NCBI RefSeq assembly: GCF_006345805.1
Contig: NC_043001.1
Span: 90,830,001 to 90,894,000, forward strand
Source: Octopus sinensis
Lineage: Eukaryota
Reading direction: 5' to 3'
DNA: 64,000 bases
Shown: positions 52,200-64,000 of the stretch, piece by piece
How positions within the stretch are numbered: position 1 is the stretch's first letter
Layout: every line of letters begins with the position of its first letter
Notes under the pieces: generated by a model
Told to the model about the DNA's origin: nothing
Database searches by the model: none
What the model saw: the letters and a program-made list of their open reading frames with translations, nothing else
Program-made: the position numbers and the translations under genes

Positions 52200-53020
52200 A
52201 CTGATGGGTTTTTTTTCTCTAATTTAATTCTCATTTCTTGTCTGCTTTATTCCCTTTCTGTACATCAGTGTCCTGCTTGCGCTTACCTATAATTATGCAC
52301 ATTTTTATGCGGATGATACTGCTAATCACTCCTTGAACTTTCTCCTGCATCTCATTTACATGTAACCTAAACATTTACTAAACATTATCAGCTCCATAAA
52401 ATAAAGAGCTCTTTAATGGGTACATATCAACCTAGTGTTACTCAACATCACTGAAACAGTCACTACACCTATCAATAACACACTCTGATAATACTTATAC
52501 TCTCTAATCACAAACAATAGACATCCTTCAAAACTTTCATATTCTCTACAAAAACAAACCTTGAATCTTTCCTGCTGATTACATATGCTATATCAAAGAC
52601 TGCAATCGAAATATTAGCTTTCCTCTTTGAGGCTAGAGAATAATTCACTTTGTGAACCTAGGATTAAGTTATTGTTGCATAACTACAACAATGAAACACA
52701 ACTCTAAAAAGAAAAAAAAGTCCCAAATCTATATTCACCGGTATGCTGTGTCCCTTTGTCTTTTCTACTGTACACTATAATGGTTTCTATTTCTAAACTA
52801 ACAAGCTGTGTACTGTTGTTGCTCAAACCCACCTGGTGTGTGCACCACTCTTTTTAACATTCTTACTGTTTCACAAAGCAGATATTTCACTTACCAGAAC
52901 TCAAAAACTCTCTCTGGAACATTTTCACTACCCATGCTTTCTTCAAACCTTGACCTGCAGTCATGCTTATGATTACATATTTCAAGAGTTGGTATTTCCT
53001 TGTTTTAAACATGTTTGCTT
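52200..53020 (+). mobile_element. Old non-LTR (Jockey/CR1-like) RT relic
   Basis: HFYADDT at ~52300-52320; otherwise highly degraded. Confidence 0.5.
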
Positions 53021-53266
53021 TTAAAAAATCTTGAAATAGGTTTAGTAGTCAAATATTTCAACTATTCGGTGGAATATTTACTATCGTGCGTGCGTGCGTG
53101 TGTGTGTGTGTGTGTGCGTGCGCGCTTCCCAACCATGTGGTTCAGGGTTCAGTCCCACTGTGATACCTTGGGCTGACTAGTCTTGTGAGTGGACTTGGTA
53201 GATGGAAACTGAAAGCCCTTTGTGTGTGTGTGTATATATGTGTATGTATATATATAAATAAATAAA

Positions 53267-53535
53267 AGATGGGGATGGAAATAGCACAGAAAGTCAGACA
53301 CTTCAATTTAAGAGGGAATTTGATAAAAATGATTTGAAAAATTATATAAGGAAATGCTACCGGTTTCCATGAATCTCATATTAGTAAAAATTTGGTAAAA
53401 ACAAATTTATCTTCTGTCTGGGAGTCAAGAACCCGTCGGACATGTTCTTGACTCCCAGACAGAAGCATTTTTATTAAATTCCCTCTTAAATTGAAATGTC
53501 TTAGACTGACTTCTGTGCTACTTCCACCTCCATCT
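53267..53535. repeat. Nested inverted repeat (Penelope-like) with a 22-bp perfect inner hairpin
   Basis: Outer arms ~53267-53332 and ~53466-53535; inner stem 53411-53432 / 53444-53465. Confidence 0.85.
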
Positions 53536-53568
53536 GATTTGTATAGATCTCTACTCTTATTTTTCAAC

Positions 53569-53605
<37 letters not shown>

Positions 53606-54011
53606 GTATATATATATGTATATATATATATATGTATATATATATGTATATATATATGTATATATATGTATATATATGTATATATATGTATATATATAGG
53701 TATATATATATGTATATATATATGATATATATATATGTATATATGTATATATATATGTATATATATGTATATATATATGTATATATATATATGTATATAT
53801 ATGTATATATATATGTATATATATATGTATATATATATGTATATATATATGTATATATATATGTATATATATATGTATATATATGTATATATATATGTAT
53901 ATATATATGTATATATATATGTATATATATATGTATATATATATGTATATTATATGTATATATATATGTATATTATATGTATATTATATATGTATATATA
54001 TGTATATATGT

Positions 54012-54044
<33 letters not shown>

Positions 54045-54293
54045 TGTGTATATGTATGTGTATATGTATGTGTATATGTATGTATATATGTATATATGTA
54101 TGTATATATATATGTATGTATATATATATGTATGTATATATATATGTATGTTATATGTATGTATATATATATGTATGTATATATATATGTATGTATATAT
54201 ATATGTATGTATATATGTATGTATGTATATGTATGTATGTATATATATATGTATGTAATATATATATGTATGTATATATAGTATGTATATATA

Positions 54294-54324
<31 letters not shown>

Positions 54325-54408
54325 TGATATATATATATGTATATATGTATGTTATATATATGTATATATATATGTATATATATGATGTATATATGTATGT
54401 ATGTATGT

Positions 54409-54440
<32 letters not shown>

Positions 54441-54783
54441 TGTATGTATGTATGTATGTATGTATGTATGTATGTATGTATGTATGTATGTACGTATTTA
54501 TGTATGTATGTATGTATGTATGTATGTATGTATGTATGTATGTATGTATGTATGTTTGTATGTATGTATGATGTATGTATGTTTGTATGTATGTATGTAT
54601 GTATGTATGTATGTATGTATGTATGTATGTATGGTATGTATGTATGTATGTGATATATATATGTATGTATGTATGTTGTATGTATGTATGTATGTATGTA
54701 TGTATGTATGTATGTATGTATGTAGTATGTATGTATGTATGTATGTATGTATGTGTGTGTGTGTGTGGTGTGTGTGTGTGTGT

Positions 54784-54833
<50 letters not shown>

Positions 54834-55538
54834 GTGTGTGTGTGTGTGTGGTGTGTGTGTGTGTTGTGTGTGTGTGTTGTGTGTGTGTGTTGTGTGTGTA
54901 TATATATATGTATGTGTGTGTATATATATATATGTATGTGTGTGTATATATATATATGTATGTGTAATATATATATGTATGTATGTGTATATATATATAT
55001 GTATGTATGTGTATATATATATATGTATGTATGTGTATATATATATATGTATGTATGTGTATATATATATATGTATGTATGTGTATATATATATATGTAT
55101 GTATGTGTATATATATATATGTATGTATGTGTATATATATATATGTATGTATGTGTATTATATATATGTATGTATGTGTATATATATATATGTATGTATG
55201 TGTGTATGTGTATATGTATGTATGTATGTATGTGTATATGTATGTATGTATGTATGTGTATATGTATGTATGTATGTATGTGTATATGTATATGTATGTG
55301 TATATATATGTGTATATATATATATGTATGTATGTATATGTATGTGTATATATATATATGTATGTATGTATATGTATGTGTATATATATATATGTATGTA
55401 TGTATATGTATGTGTATATATATATATGTATGTATGTATATGTATATATATGTGTATATATATATATGTATGTATGTATATGTATATATATGTGTATATA
55501 TATATATGTATGTATGTATATGTATATGTATATGTGTG
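53569..55538. repeat. ~2-kb compound TA/TATG/TG microsatellite with a 24-bp higher-order block
   Basis: Directly visible; lies between the 5' half (~53125-53225) and 3' half (~55535-55735) of one family A SINE. Confidence 0.97.
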
Positions 55539-55744
55539 TCTGTGTTTGTTCTCAACCATCTCTTGACAAGCAGTGTTAGTGTACTTATGTCCCTGTAACA
55601 CTTAGCAGTTCAGCCAAATAAACTGATGGAATAAGTACTAGACTTATAAAAAGAAAGTCCTGTGTCAATTTGTTTGACTGAAACCCTTCGAGGCAGTGCC
55701 CCAACATGGCTGCAGTCAAATGACTGATATAAGATACAACACAT

Positions 55745-55905
55745 GCACGTGACAAGCTTCTTTCAGTTTCCGTCTACGAAATCCATTCACAAGGCTTTGG
55801 TCAGTCTGAGGTTATAGTAGACCCATGTCCAAGGTGCCATGTAGCAAGATTGAACCCAGAACCATGTGGTTGGGAAGCAAGCTTCCTACCACACAGCCAC
55901 ATCTG
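55745..55905 (-). mobile_element. SINE family A, 5' half
   Basis: Similarity to 11220-11370. Confidence 0.8.
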
Positions 55906-57744
55906 TGCATATATATATTCTTACATTTCAGATCTGGAGTTTGATCAGCTTTCAAATTATAAACCACTTTTATTTTGCATTGACTGTAAAAGGTGCAGTG
56001 ATTAAACACTCAGTATGTCAGCTTTATTTTGGTCATTTCTAACAGATGCTACCAGCCTTGATTATATAATGTGATAACTCCCTGTAGTTGATATAGTGGC
56101 AATATAGCATCAGTTAAGATGAGATATAGACAAAAGTCCAAAATCTCTCAACCTTAGTGTAAACTGATAACAAAACCTGTTTATGAAATAGTTTCTAAAT
56201 ATGTTTGTTAATCCAGTTTTATATTATATAGCCTTGTCCTACCAAGGGTTTCACTTGTCTAGATTTAATCTTACATATTTACATCATTGATAATATTTCT
56301 AAATTTCTGAAAGAAATTATAATCTATTTCATTATCTTGGTAGGAAATGTACTGTCTATATTTTTCTTTGATTGAATTTAAGAGGATTTTTATAGAACTA
56401 TTTTCACATCAGACTTCTCATAAATGCTGATGCATAGAAAGTGTCTATTAAAATATTAGCTCTTTCTTTGCATCAGTCATAAGTTTTTTTCTGTGGTGCC
56501 ATACATCCCACTTAAAAATGTATTTATGATATAACTGTTTTTTTTTAACAAAGAAAATTTGATTTTTGTTGCCAACCTAGCCAGATATTCATGTTAATTT
56601 ATCCATGTCATTGGCGAGGCTGTTTTTGTAATGAATTTTCATTTGTTGTGTAAGTTCTTATGTTGTCAGTACTCTGTATAGTTGTCATTAGTTTACTAAT
56701 AGTTTTTTATACTGCCTACACATTGTTGAGATTGTTTTCGTTTGTTTCTAGACAGGGCATTTTCTCTTTATCAATACTTCATGATGAAAATGTAGATAAT
56801 TTCACTTCAGTGTGTTTACCAAGGAGTTGTGATGTTGTTGCTGTACATAGTATCCACATGTTTACTGAAACCACACCCTTGAAGTATTTGAAATTAATGT
56901 ACATTACTATGCAATTTATGTGTGGTATTTAATGTGTAAACCATTTTCTGTTGATGTGACCCAGATATACAGTTGTTATTTACAAGACAAATGTTTTCTT
57001 ATTGAAAACACTAGCTTGTTACATTATACTAGAGACATACTCCCTACTGTAGAGTACTACAAGTATTTGAAATTCAAAACTACTAGTTTTGTTTCTGGTT
57101 ATGTAAACAAACTCTAATGTGTAGGTGGCACTGAAAGCATTAATTTTGGAATTCATTGCATATTATAATCTTCCTTGATATATGTAAATTTTATATATTT
57201 TTATAAATGTAGTTTATAAAAAGATGTAAATATTTGAATTTATTTTAACCAGTGTTTTTTTTTTTTATTAAAATTTTTTAAAGAACTCGATGTACACATT
57301 CTTTATGAATATGTTAGGGGTTGGGGAGCATCTCTATTACATATTAACATGAATATAGCACAAAACTTTGTGGAAACTAAGTACTGCATTTTGAGCAGCA
57401 GGGGTGAAATTAATTTTGAGGAACCTTAAACCCTCATAAAATTAATTTCACCCCTTTTCATGGAGTTGTGTAAACAAGTTTGGCCTTCTTTGGAAAAGTG
57501 TACATGCAAGGGCATAGGCACATGTTTACATATCTAAAATTTTGTCAGGAATCCATTTCTGACTCCTAAATTGGCCCATCTTGAAGACATGAATAGTTAT
57601 TTTGATAATCTAGTTCCTGATTGAAACCATAATTTGGCAAATTGAACTGTGAAATATACCAGGATTTCACATTGGTGAAACTTAAGTTGTTCAGTAATTT
57701 AATCCCAAAGCATACTCTTCTGTGTAATAGGTGTATACTCTTGG

Positions 57745-57925
57745 CACTGATACTGGTGGCATGCAATAGCACCCATTACACTCTTGGAGTGGTTGGTATT
57801 AGGAAGGGCATCCAGCTATAGAAACCATGCCAAATCAGTCTGGAGTCTGGTGCAGCCTGTCACCTTACCAGCCTTGGTCAAACTGTCCAACCCATGCCAG
57901 CACGGACAATGGACATTGAATGATG
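57745..57925 (+). mobile_element. RTE-tail element
   Basis: Similarity to 25050-25225. Confidence 0.85.
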
Positions 57926-58988
57926 TAATAACAAAAATACAGGAAGGTAGAAAATGACAATCTGTATGTATCAATTTTTTTAATTAGTAATTTGGAAAGA
58001 ATGTTGCAATGGGATGGTTGTCATTTGTTGCAATTTTGAAAAGAATACTCAAATTGTAGCATTAAATTGCAAATAGAATGTTGAAATGGAATGCTTATTG
58101 TAGTTCTTGCAGAAAAGGATTTCTGAAACAAACTTGGATATTTTGTTTTCTAATGGTACTGATGATGATGATTGCTCACTTAATATTGGTAAAATGCCTC
58201 AATTTTTTTATAATTCAAGAGCAAAACTTGAGTTGGTTTTTCATGAATAATAGTCATGTGTACACAATATAAGAAATTGATCTACATCTTAATTATTAGA
58301 CTAATATAATCATGGATCATTTGTCTAATTTTTAAAAATCAAAACTTGGTCAAAAAATTAATCAGCAGTGGAAACACTTTGCAATTTACATTTGACAGAT
58401 ATTTGTCCTCATCTTGTTTGTTGTTAACACAACGTTTCAGCATAGGTTTTAAGAATTTGATGTTGCTATTGAAATAGGCAGGTCATTAACCTTTTTATAT
58501 TTGTTGAAATATTCTGCTTTGTTTCAGTTAATTTTGAAAATAATGAATTTAATAAAATAATTGCCTTTGTTAATCTGGTGTTTACAACCTAAATTAACAT
58601 GAAATTTAATGAGTTTTAATTTAGATCACTCTTGCCCCACATGGGTACTACACTGCATGCACACAATCAAACTGCATAAGATTATGTAATATAATTGAAA
58701 CATGTCTTAGGTTTGAGGGTCAGTATTTAAAATTTGTAATTGGGCTTAGTTTTTAATAATCCATGACTTGAGGAGGGTAACATTAAAAAAAAGAATGTTA
58801 TCCAGTAAAATGTGACATCACTGTCTTAGTATTCAGTGGTTACATCAATTATCTGCTCAGCTTGATTCTATTGTGGTGCAATTTAATATTTTTAATTTTT
58901 GTTGATTCAAAAAAAATGCTGTATTGAAAAAAAAAAAAGTCCAGACTTGTTTGTTTTTAATTTTTTCCCCTGCTATTTTTAATTTTAG

Positions 58989-59039
58989 GGTACAACACTT
59001 ACTGCAGTGGAAGTAATGGAACTGCTGCAAAAGTCTCGG
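58989..59039 (+). CDS. Candidate 51-nt coding exon (GTTLTAVEVMELLQKSR)
   Basis: Long pyrimidine tract ...ttttaattttag|, CGG|gtaagt donor, phase 0-0. Confidence 0.7.
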
Positions 59040-59659
59040 GTAAGTATCTTCTGTCTTTGTTTTTAAAATCATTCTTAAAATCAATTGTTCATTTCTTAAA
59101 TGGCTTTAATTTTAAATTCTAAGTGTTAAATTTTGATATACCTTTGACATACTCCTTTTGCCATGTCCTCAAGTTTAGAGGCTCTTCACACTTTACAGTG
59201 TGTGTTGGATGCATTTTTTTGTTTTTTAAACAACAGCCCTGGAGATATAGCCATGTCCTTGCCATTAAAAATACCTCACCAACCCTTTGTCTCTGCTTGC
59301 TTGTTTTCCTCTTTCCAGAGTGAGAAGCATGAATGATAGTGATGAGGGGGATGTGAGAGGTTACGAACATCATTTAATCTTTCATCCTGGTATTGGTCAA
59401 ACAGTTTGACAGGATCCAATGAACTGGAGGACTGTTAAATCCATTGTCTGCTTTGACATAGTTTCTTTAATACCATTTCTAATGCCATGGGTGCTTTTTC
59501 TTGATATTACCCTAGTGAGGATGCTAAGACAAAATAAAAAAGCTTCCTCAATTGAGGGTTGAAGGGAGGGGGAGAAAAAAGGAGGGCCCCAGAATGGAAA
59601 TGTCAGAAGAGGATCATGAGAATTTAAATGAGGTTTGAGATATGCATATCAAAATAGGG

Positions 59660-60035
59660 AGAAAGAGAAGTTAATGAGTCAAATGAGATACGTAAGGTAG
59701 GGTGAGATCTTATAGATGTTGTCAAATGAGTTTTCAAATGCCTTCTTCCATTTCCAAAACTTCTCCCTCAATCCCTCCATTGTCTCGCTCATCAGAACAA
59801 GGTCATCCACATACAATATCTCCATTAATCAGTCCCTCTTTTGCAGTCTTGTCACCACATCAACCACTATTGCAAACAACAATGGTGACAACACAGATCC
59901 TTGATGCACACCAACTTTCACTGCAGACTCATCTGACAAATCTGATCCAATTCTAACTTGTCTTTACCCCCTCATACAAACTCATCACTGCCCTCACTAT
60001 TACCTCTAGTACACCTCTTTTCCTCAATGCCCACT
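59660..60035 (-). mobile_element. RTE RT relic
   Basis: Minus-strand VGVHQGSVLSPLLFAIVVDVVT and WKKAFE motifs. Confidence 0.8.
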
Positions 60036-60309
60036 CATTTGATAAAACCAAATGTATTTTAAAAACCAAATGTATTTTAGCAAAAAAATTTTGTGTGTAC
60101 ATTCTCAATAAGCTTTCTTAAATTGAAGTCTTCAACTTCAATTACTGCTTCAATGCAGGACCAGAATCATTGACATGCTTGCACTAAATAGTCGGTATTC
60201 ATTTTGGACATCATGTGAACAATGGCAAGCATCAATGAAGCTATGAAAAGTGTGAGGATGTCAATTAGTCTTCCTTTAAATGATGGCCCAATGTAGAAGC
60301 CTATGGGAT

Positions 60310-60915
60310 TTTAAACTTGTGTGTTTGTGCAGGTACAATAAGCAACCAAAAATGCTCCAGTGTTGGGTACTGTCAGTGTGCACGCACAAGTGTAAATGAT
60401 TTAAGGAGAAAACTGGGTATAAGAGGCTTTGGATGTTGTGTGCAAGAGAGAAGACTGTGCTGGTTTAGTCATGTAATACATATGTATGAGGACAGCTGTG
60501 TAAAGAAGTGTTGAGTTCTATGAAGGGAACCTGTGGAAGGGGTAGACCCAGGAAGACATAGGACAAAGTGGTGAGAAAGGATCTTCAGAAACTGGACCTC
60601 AGGAAATGACAAGGGACCAGGAAATGTGGCAATTCGCTGTATTTGAAAAGAGATGTCAAACAAAGTAAAATCACTGCCTTCCATATATACAGGCTTGTCC
60701 TTTGTTGGTGCTGTATAAATACAACTGTGCTGGTGGCACATAAAAAGCACCCAGCACACTCAGTAGTATGGTTGGTGTTAGGAAGGACATCCAGCCATAG
60801 AAAGCATGCAACAACAGACAATTGGAATCTGAACTGCCCCTCCCCTACTAGCTGGCCAATTCCATGACAAACCATCCAACCCATGTTAGCATAGAAAATG
60901 AATGTTAAATGATGA
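60310..60915 (+). mobile_element. RTE 3' region
   Basis: LRRKLGIR..VQERRLCWFSHV..GTCGRGRPRKT plus RTE tail. Confidence 0.85.
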
Positions 60916-61339
60916 GTTTGAAGGCCACAAGTATGGTGTTGTATGATTGTTAAGATTGTCTGACATCCATTCTTGGGTTATGTAAACCCTGAGAAAGTGC
61001 TGAGTTTTATTGAAACAAGTATGGTCTGCCAATGCATACTTCATCCATCCAAGGCTTAACATTACCCAGCTCCTCAATGTGTCTTGTAGCATTAATTCTA
61101 AGACACTATGGAAAGATATGAGGTAGCATGACATTACCTTCAGTACTTACCACTCTTAAAACTAACAAAGTTACTGAAAACTAAGTATGCATCACTCTGG
61201 GTACATCTGAAGATTCTGCACATAACCAGCTATCATTTCTTGTTAGACTTTTAGTCTTGATTGAAAATTTTCTCATCAGAGAACCAAAATATGCTATGTT
61301 TGTGAGGGTTTTTAATCTTAAGTAACTCCTTGGCACAGT

Positions 61340-61770
61340 TCAGTTTTCCTATTTTTGCAGACATGAATTGGCCCCTCCTTGCTATATATAACTTGTATCA
61401 AATATCTTTGTGCACCACAGTTCTGATAGTTCACTCCGACATCTGAAGTTCTTTGGCAATGACCCTCATTGACTTTTTGGAATCATTGATAATGTTTTGA
61501 ATCTGTTGTGTCCAAATGTTTGGAATGTTTTCTTCTCTTTGATACAGTTGAAACATTCATGCCAGAGGCTTCCAATTCCATCTGCATGTAGTGTACAAAA
61601 GATCTTGCAGCATTTAGGAAGTTGGCAATTTCTAAATTGCTGTGTTCTGCACATATAGTATCAATGACTGTGTATCTTTCCACTTCTTGTGTTAGCATTT
61701 TATCTTCCACTGGGGATCTAAATGAAACTTTCGAATTGAAGAGTAATTTACTAATAATGTTCTCAAATAT
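61340..61770 (-). mobile_element. Tc1-like transposon relic
   Basis: N-terminal HTH-like RYTVIDTICAEHSNLEIANFL; degraded. Confidence 0.5.
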
Positions 61771-63194
61771 CTATTGCATCCTTGTGTGTGTAATCTTAAT
61801 ATATAAAAGTTTGTGTGCGTGCATATGTTCCTTATGGATTTAAAAACTGAGTTGCTGACTTTGACATGTGGTATCAAGATTCAGTAATCTTTCAGTTACC
61901 AATTAAACTTTTTCATTTACATATTTGCATTACAAGAATTAACAATCTTTTATAAATCACCTTTCATAAACATTTAATACCATAACGATGTCTCATTTTC
62001 TATATTTGTCTGGCAGTGTGTGTTTGCATGTTTGTTGTGTATGTTAAGCTGATGACTGATGTGTATGTGTGAGAGAGGATATGTGTCTGTCAGTATACAC
62101 ACACCTAAAGACAGATACACACAGGGACAGGTAGTCCTGGGGTGTGCGTGAATGTATGTCTGTGTGTGTCTTTGTATATGTATGTGACTGTACTGCCCAA
62201 CAGTGAAACACGCTGAGATTGAAAGTTCAGTTTAGTTGCGAGCTGGATGTTGAATGAACAAGAGTTCACTTTGAAGTACCACTGTTTGAATTTTCTTATT
62301 CATCATGGAGAGTTCCTGTTTAAACAGCATTAATGATTATCACTACTTATGTGCTGAAATATTCTGGTTTTCATAACCAACATGAAGATTTGGCTGATTT
62401 GACAGCACTTGCAAATATATCTGAAAAAAAAAAAAGTTATTCTGGTTATTATAGCAAATTCAGAAACTTGGCAAAGTAGAAAACCTTAGTGACTTTTTCA
62501 GTATAATTACAGAAATGTTATTCTAGTCCTTATAACCAGTTTGAAGACAATGCTTTTTTTTTTTTTTAACACTCCTAGCTTCCTTACTATATTCCTGTTG
62601 TGCTTTATCTGTGTGAATATTCAATGCTGCTCAAACTTACTGCATTAGCCAGTATTTACTCTACAGTCTATAACACTTACACAGTTAAAAATATGTAGCA
62701 ATATCAAATTAATTAGTCTTGCTACATACATCCTTCAGCAAATGTTTTAAATTAATTTTCATAACAGCAACATATTCCTTTGTACACACTTTGTTCAGTG
62801 TTCATTTAAAAATTTTTAAATAATAAATCAATTTTTGTATGAAAAACTGAATTATGCCTTCTGAATTTTCCTGGAGCTTGACTTTCTTCACTGTGACATT
62901 CAATCCTGAAGTTTATAACATTTAGTACATGTTCCAAATAAATGTAGACTTTGTTACATTGGTGACTTTTCAATACTGGAATCTTTCTTTTGGGAATATT
63001 CCTGAAAAAATTTTTTTATAGCATAGCTATGCTACAGAAAGTATGTTTTGCACCTATATTGACTACATTTTGTTTTGCTTGAACTTCATGTGTGTACATT
63101 TTGCTGTTTTCAATATTATCAATTCTAGGAGTGTCTGTATATTTCCATGTTTTTAACTTCTGTAGTAAACTACAGTAAAGGACATTTTATACTG

Positions 63195-64000
63195 TTTTAA
63201 TGAGTCCACATCAAATGAAGTAGCCATTCTTAGGGTAGGTGATCCCCATGAAAATCGTATTCTCATTCATGCTTGTGATAACAACCTAAACATATTCCAG
63301 AGAATCCTCCCTCTTATGATGCTCTCCAGTATCCTATTCTGTGGAATGGTCAAGATGGGCGTCATTTCAATATTCCACATATTGAATCTGCAACAGGAGA
63401 GCCAATTACAAACAAAAAGGTGTCATCAAATTACTTCTAATCTTACTAACTGATGCTAAGACTAGAACAATCAAATCAATTACACATATATCGTGATCTA
63501 TTTCAGCAATACCTGGTTGATATGTATGCTAAAGTTGAGTCAGCATCTCCTCTACATTCGTAACAATAAAGAAAAGTTAAGAGCTCAAAATTATGTTCAT
63601 CGCCAAGATGCCCTGAGGACAGATGGTGATATTCAAAACATAGGGCAACTTATAATCCTCCCATCATTCACAGGTGTTCCTCGGTATATTCACGAGACGA
63701 ACACAAGATGCTATAACATGCCAAGACATGGAAAACCAGATTGTTTTGTCACTTTCACCTGCAATCCTAAATAGGAGGAAATAAAATCTAACCTCCTTCC
63801 AGTGTTTCATCTTCTGGTATTGCAGCTACCCTCATCAATGGGGGAAGGACTGCTCATTCCATGTTCAAGCTCCCTCTAATTCTTGCAATGAAAGAATCTC
63901 AAATTTGCAACATTTTTCCAAAACTCTGCAATGGCAACAGTTCTCAACAAACCTGCCTCATTGTTTGGGAGGAGTGCACTGTCACATCGTGGAGCTCCAG
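63195..64000 (+). pseudogene. Helitron RepHel fragment (Rep region fused by deletion to PIF1 helicase region)
   Basis: SYDALQYP, LFQQYLVDMYAKVE, GQLIILPS.FTG.PRY, GKPD.FVTFTCNP, then SSGIAATLINGGRTAHSMFKLP and IVWEEC. Confidence 0.92.

Noticed and set aside
54977-55157. Regular repeats that might be taken for a CRISPR-like array
   Set aside because: No unique spacers, no cas genes, eukaryotic microsatellite context; no CRISPR array seen anywhere in the window.
53491-55601. Long ORFs (up to 523 aa) of Y/I/M/C/V/H/T
   Set aside because: Translations of a stop-free microsatellite, not genes.

Overview
AT-rich, repeat-saturated eukaryotic genomic DNA. The SINE, RTE, Helitron and Penelope repertoire looks like an octopod cephalopod (Octopus sp.); this is an inference from repeat recognition, not a database search. 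Most ORF-track entries are microsatellite or TE artefacts. Real TE relics include RTE, CR1 and L1/Tx1 LINEs, several tRNA-derived SINE families, mariner/Tc1 relics, piggyBac-type MITEs, Helitrons, and Penelope-like (PLE) fold-back repeats carrying minimal hammerhead-ribozyme motifs. A CpG-enriched promoter region (~30.8-31.9 kb) precedes an unidentified + strand gene. Its candidate exons are 31826-31954 (signal-anchor TM), 43838-43876 and 58989-59039, all phase 0, and the gene continues beyond the window. Best leads: a minimal hammerhead with a compensatory G3:C8 core (42534-42583); a ~2 kb composite Helitron carrying a captured mariner fragment, present twice; a 420-bp ribozyme-bearing palindrome; a minus-strand exon-like frame interrupted by one UGA; and a 1221-bp tandem duplication. 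Repeat boundaries are by eye and approximate unless a TSD or TIR is quoted.
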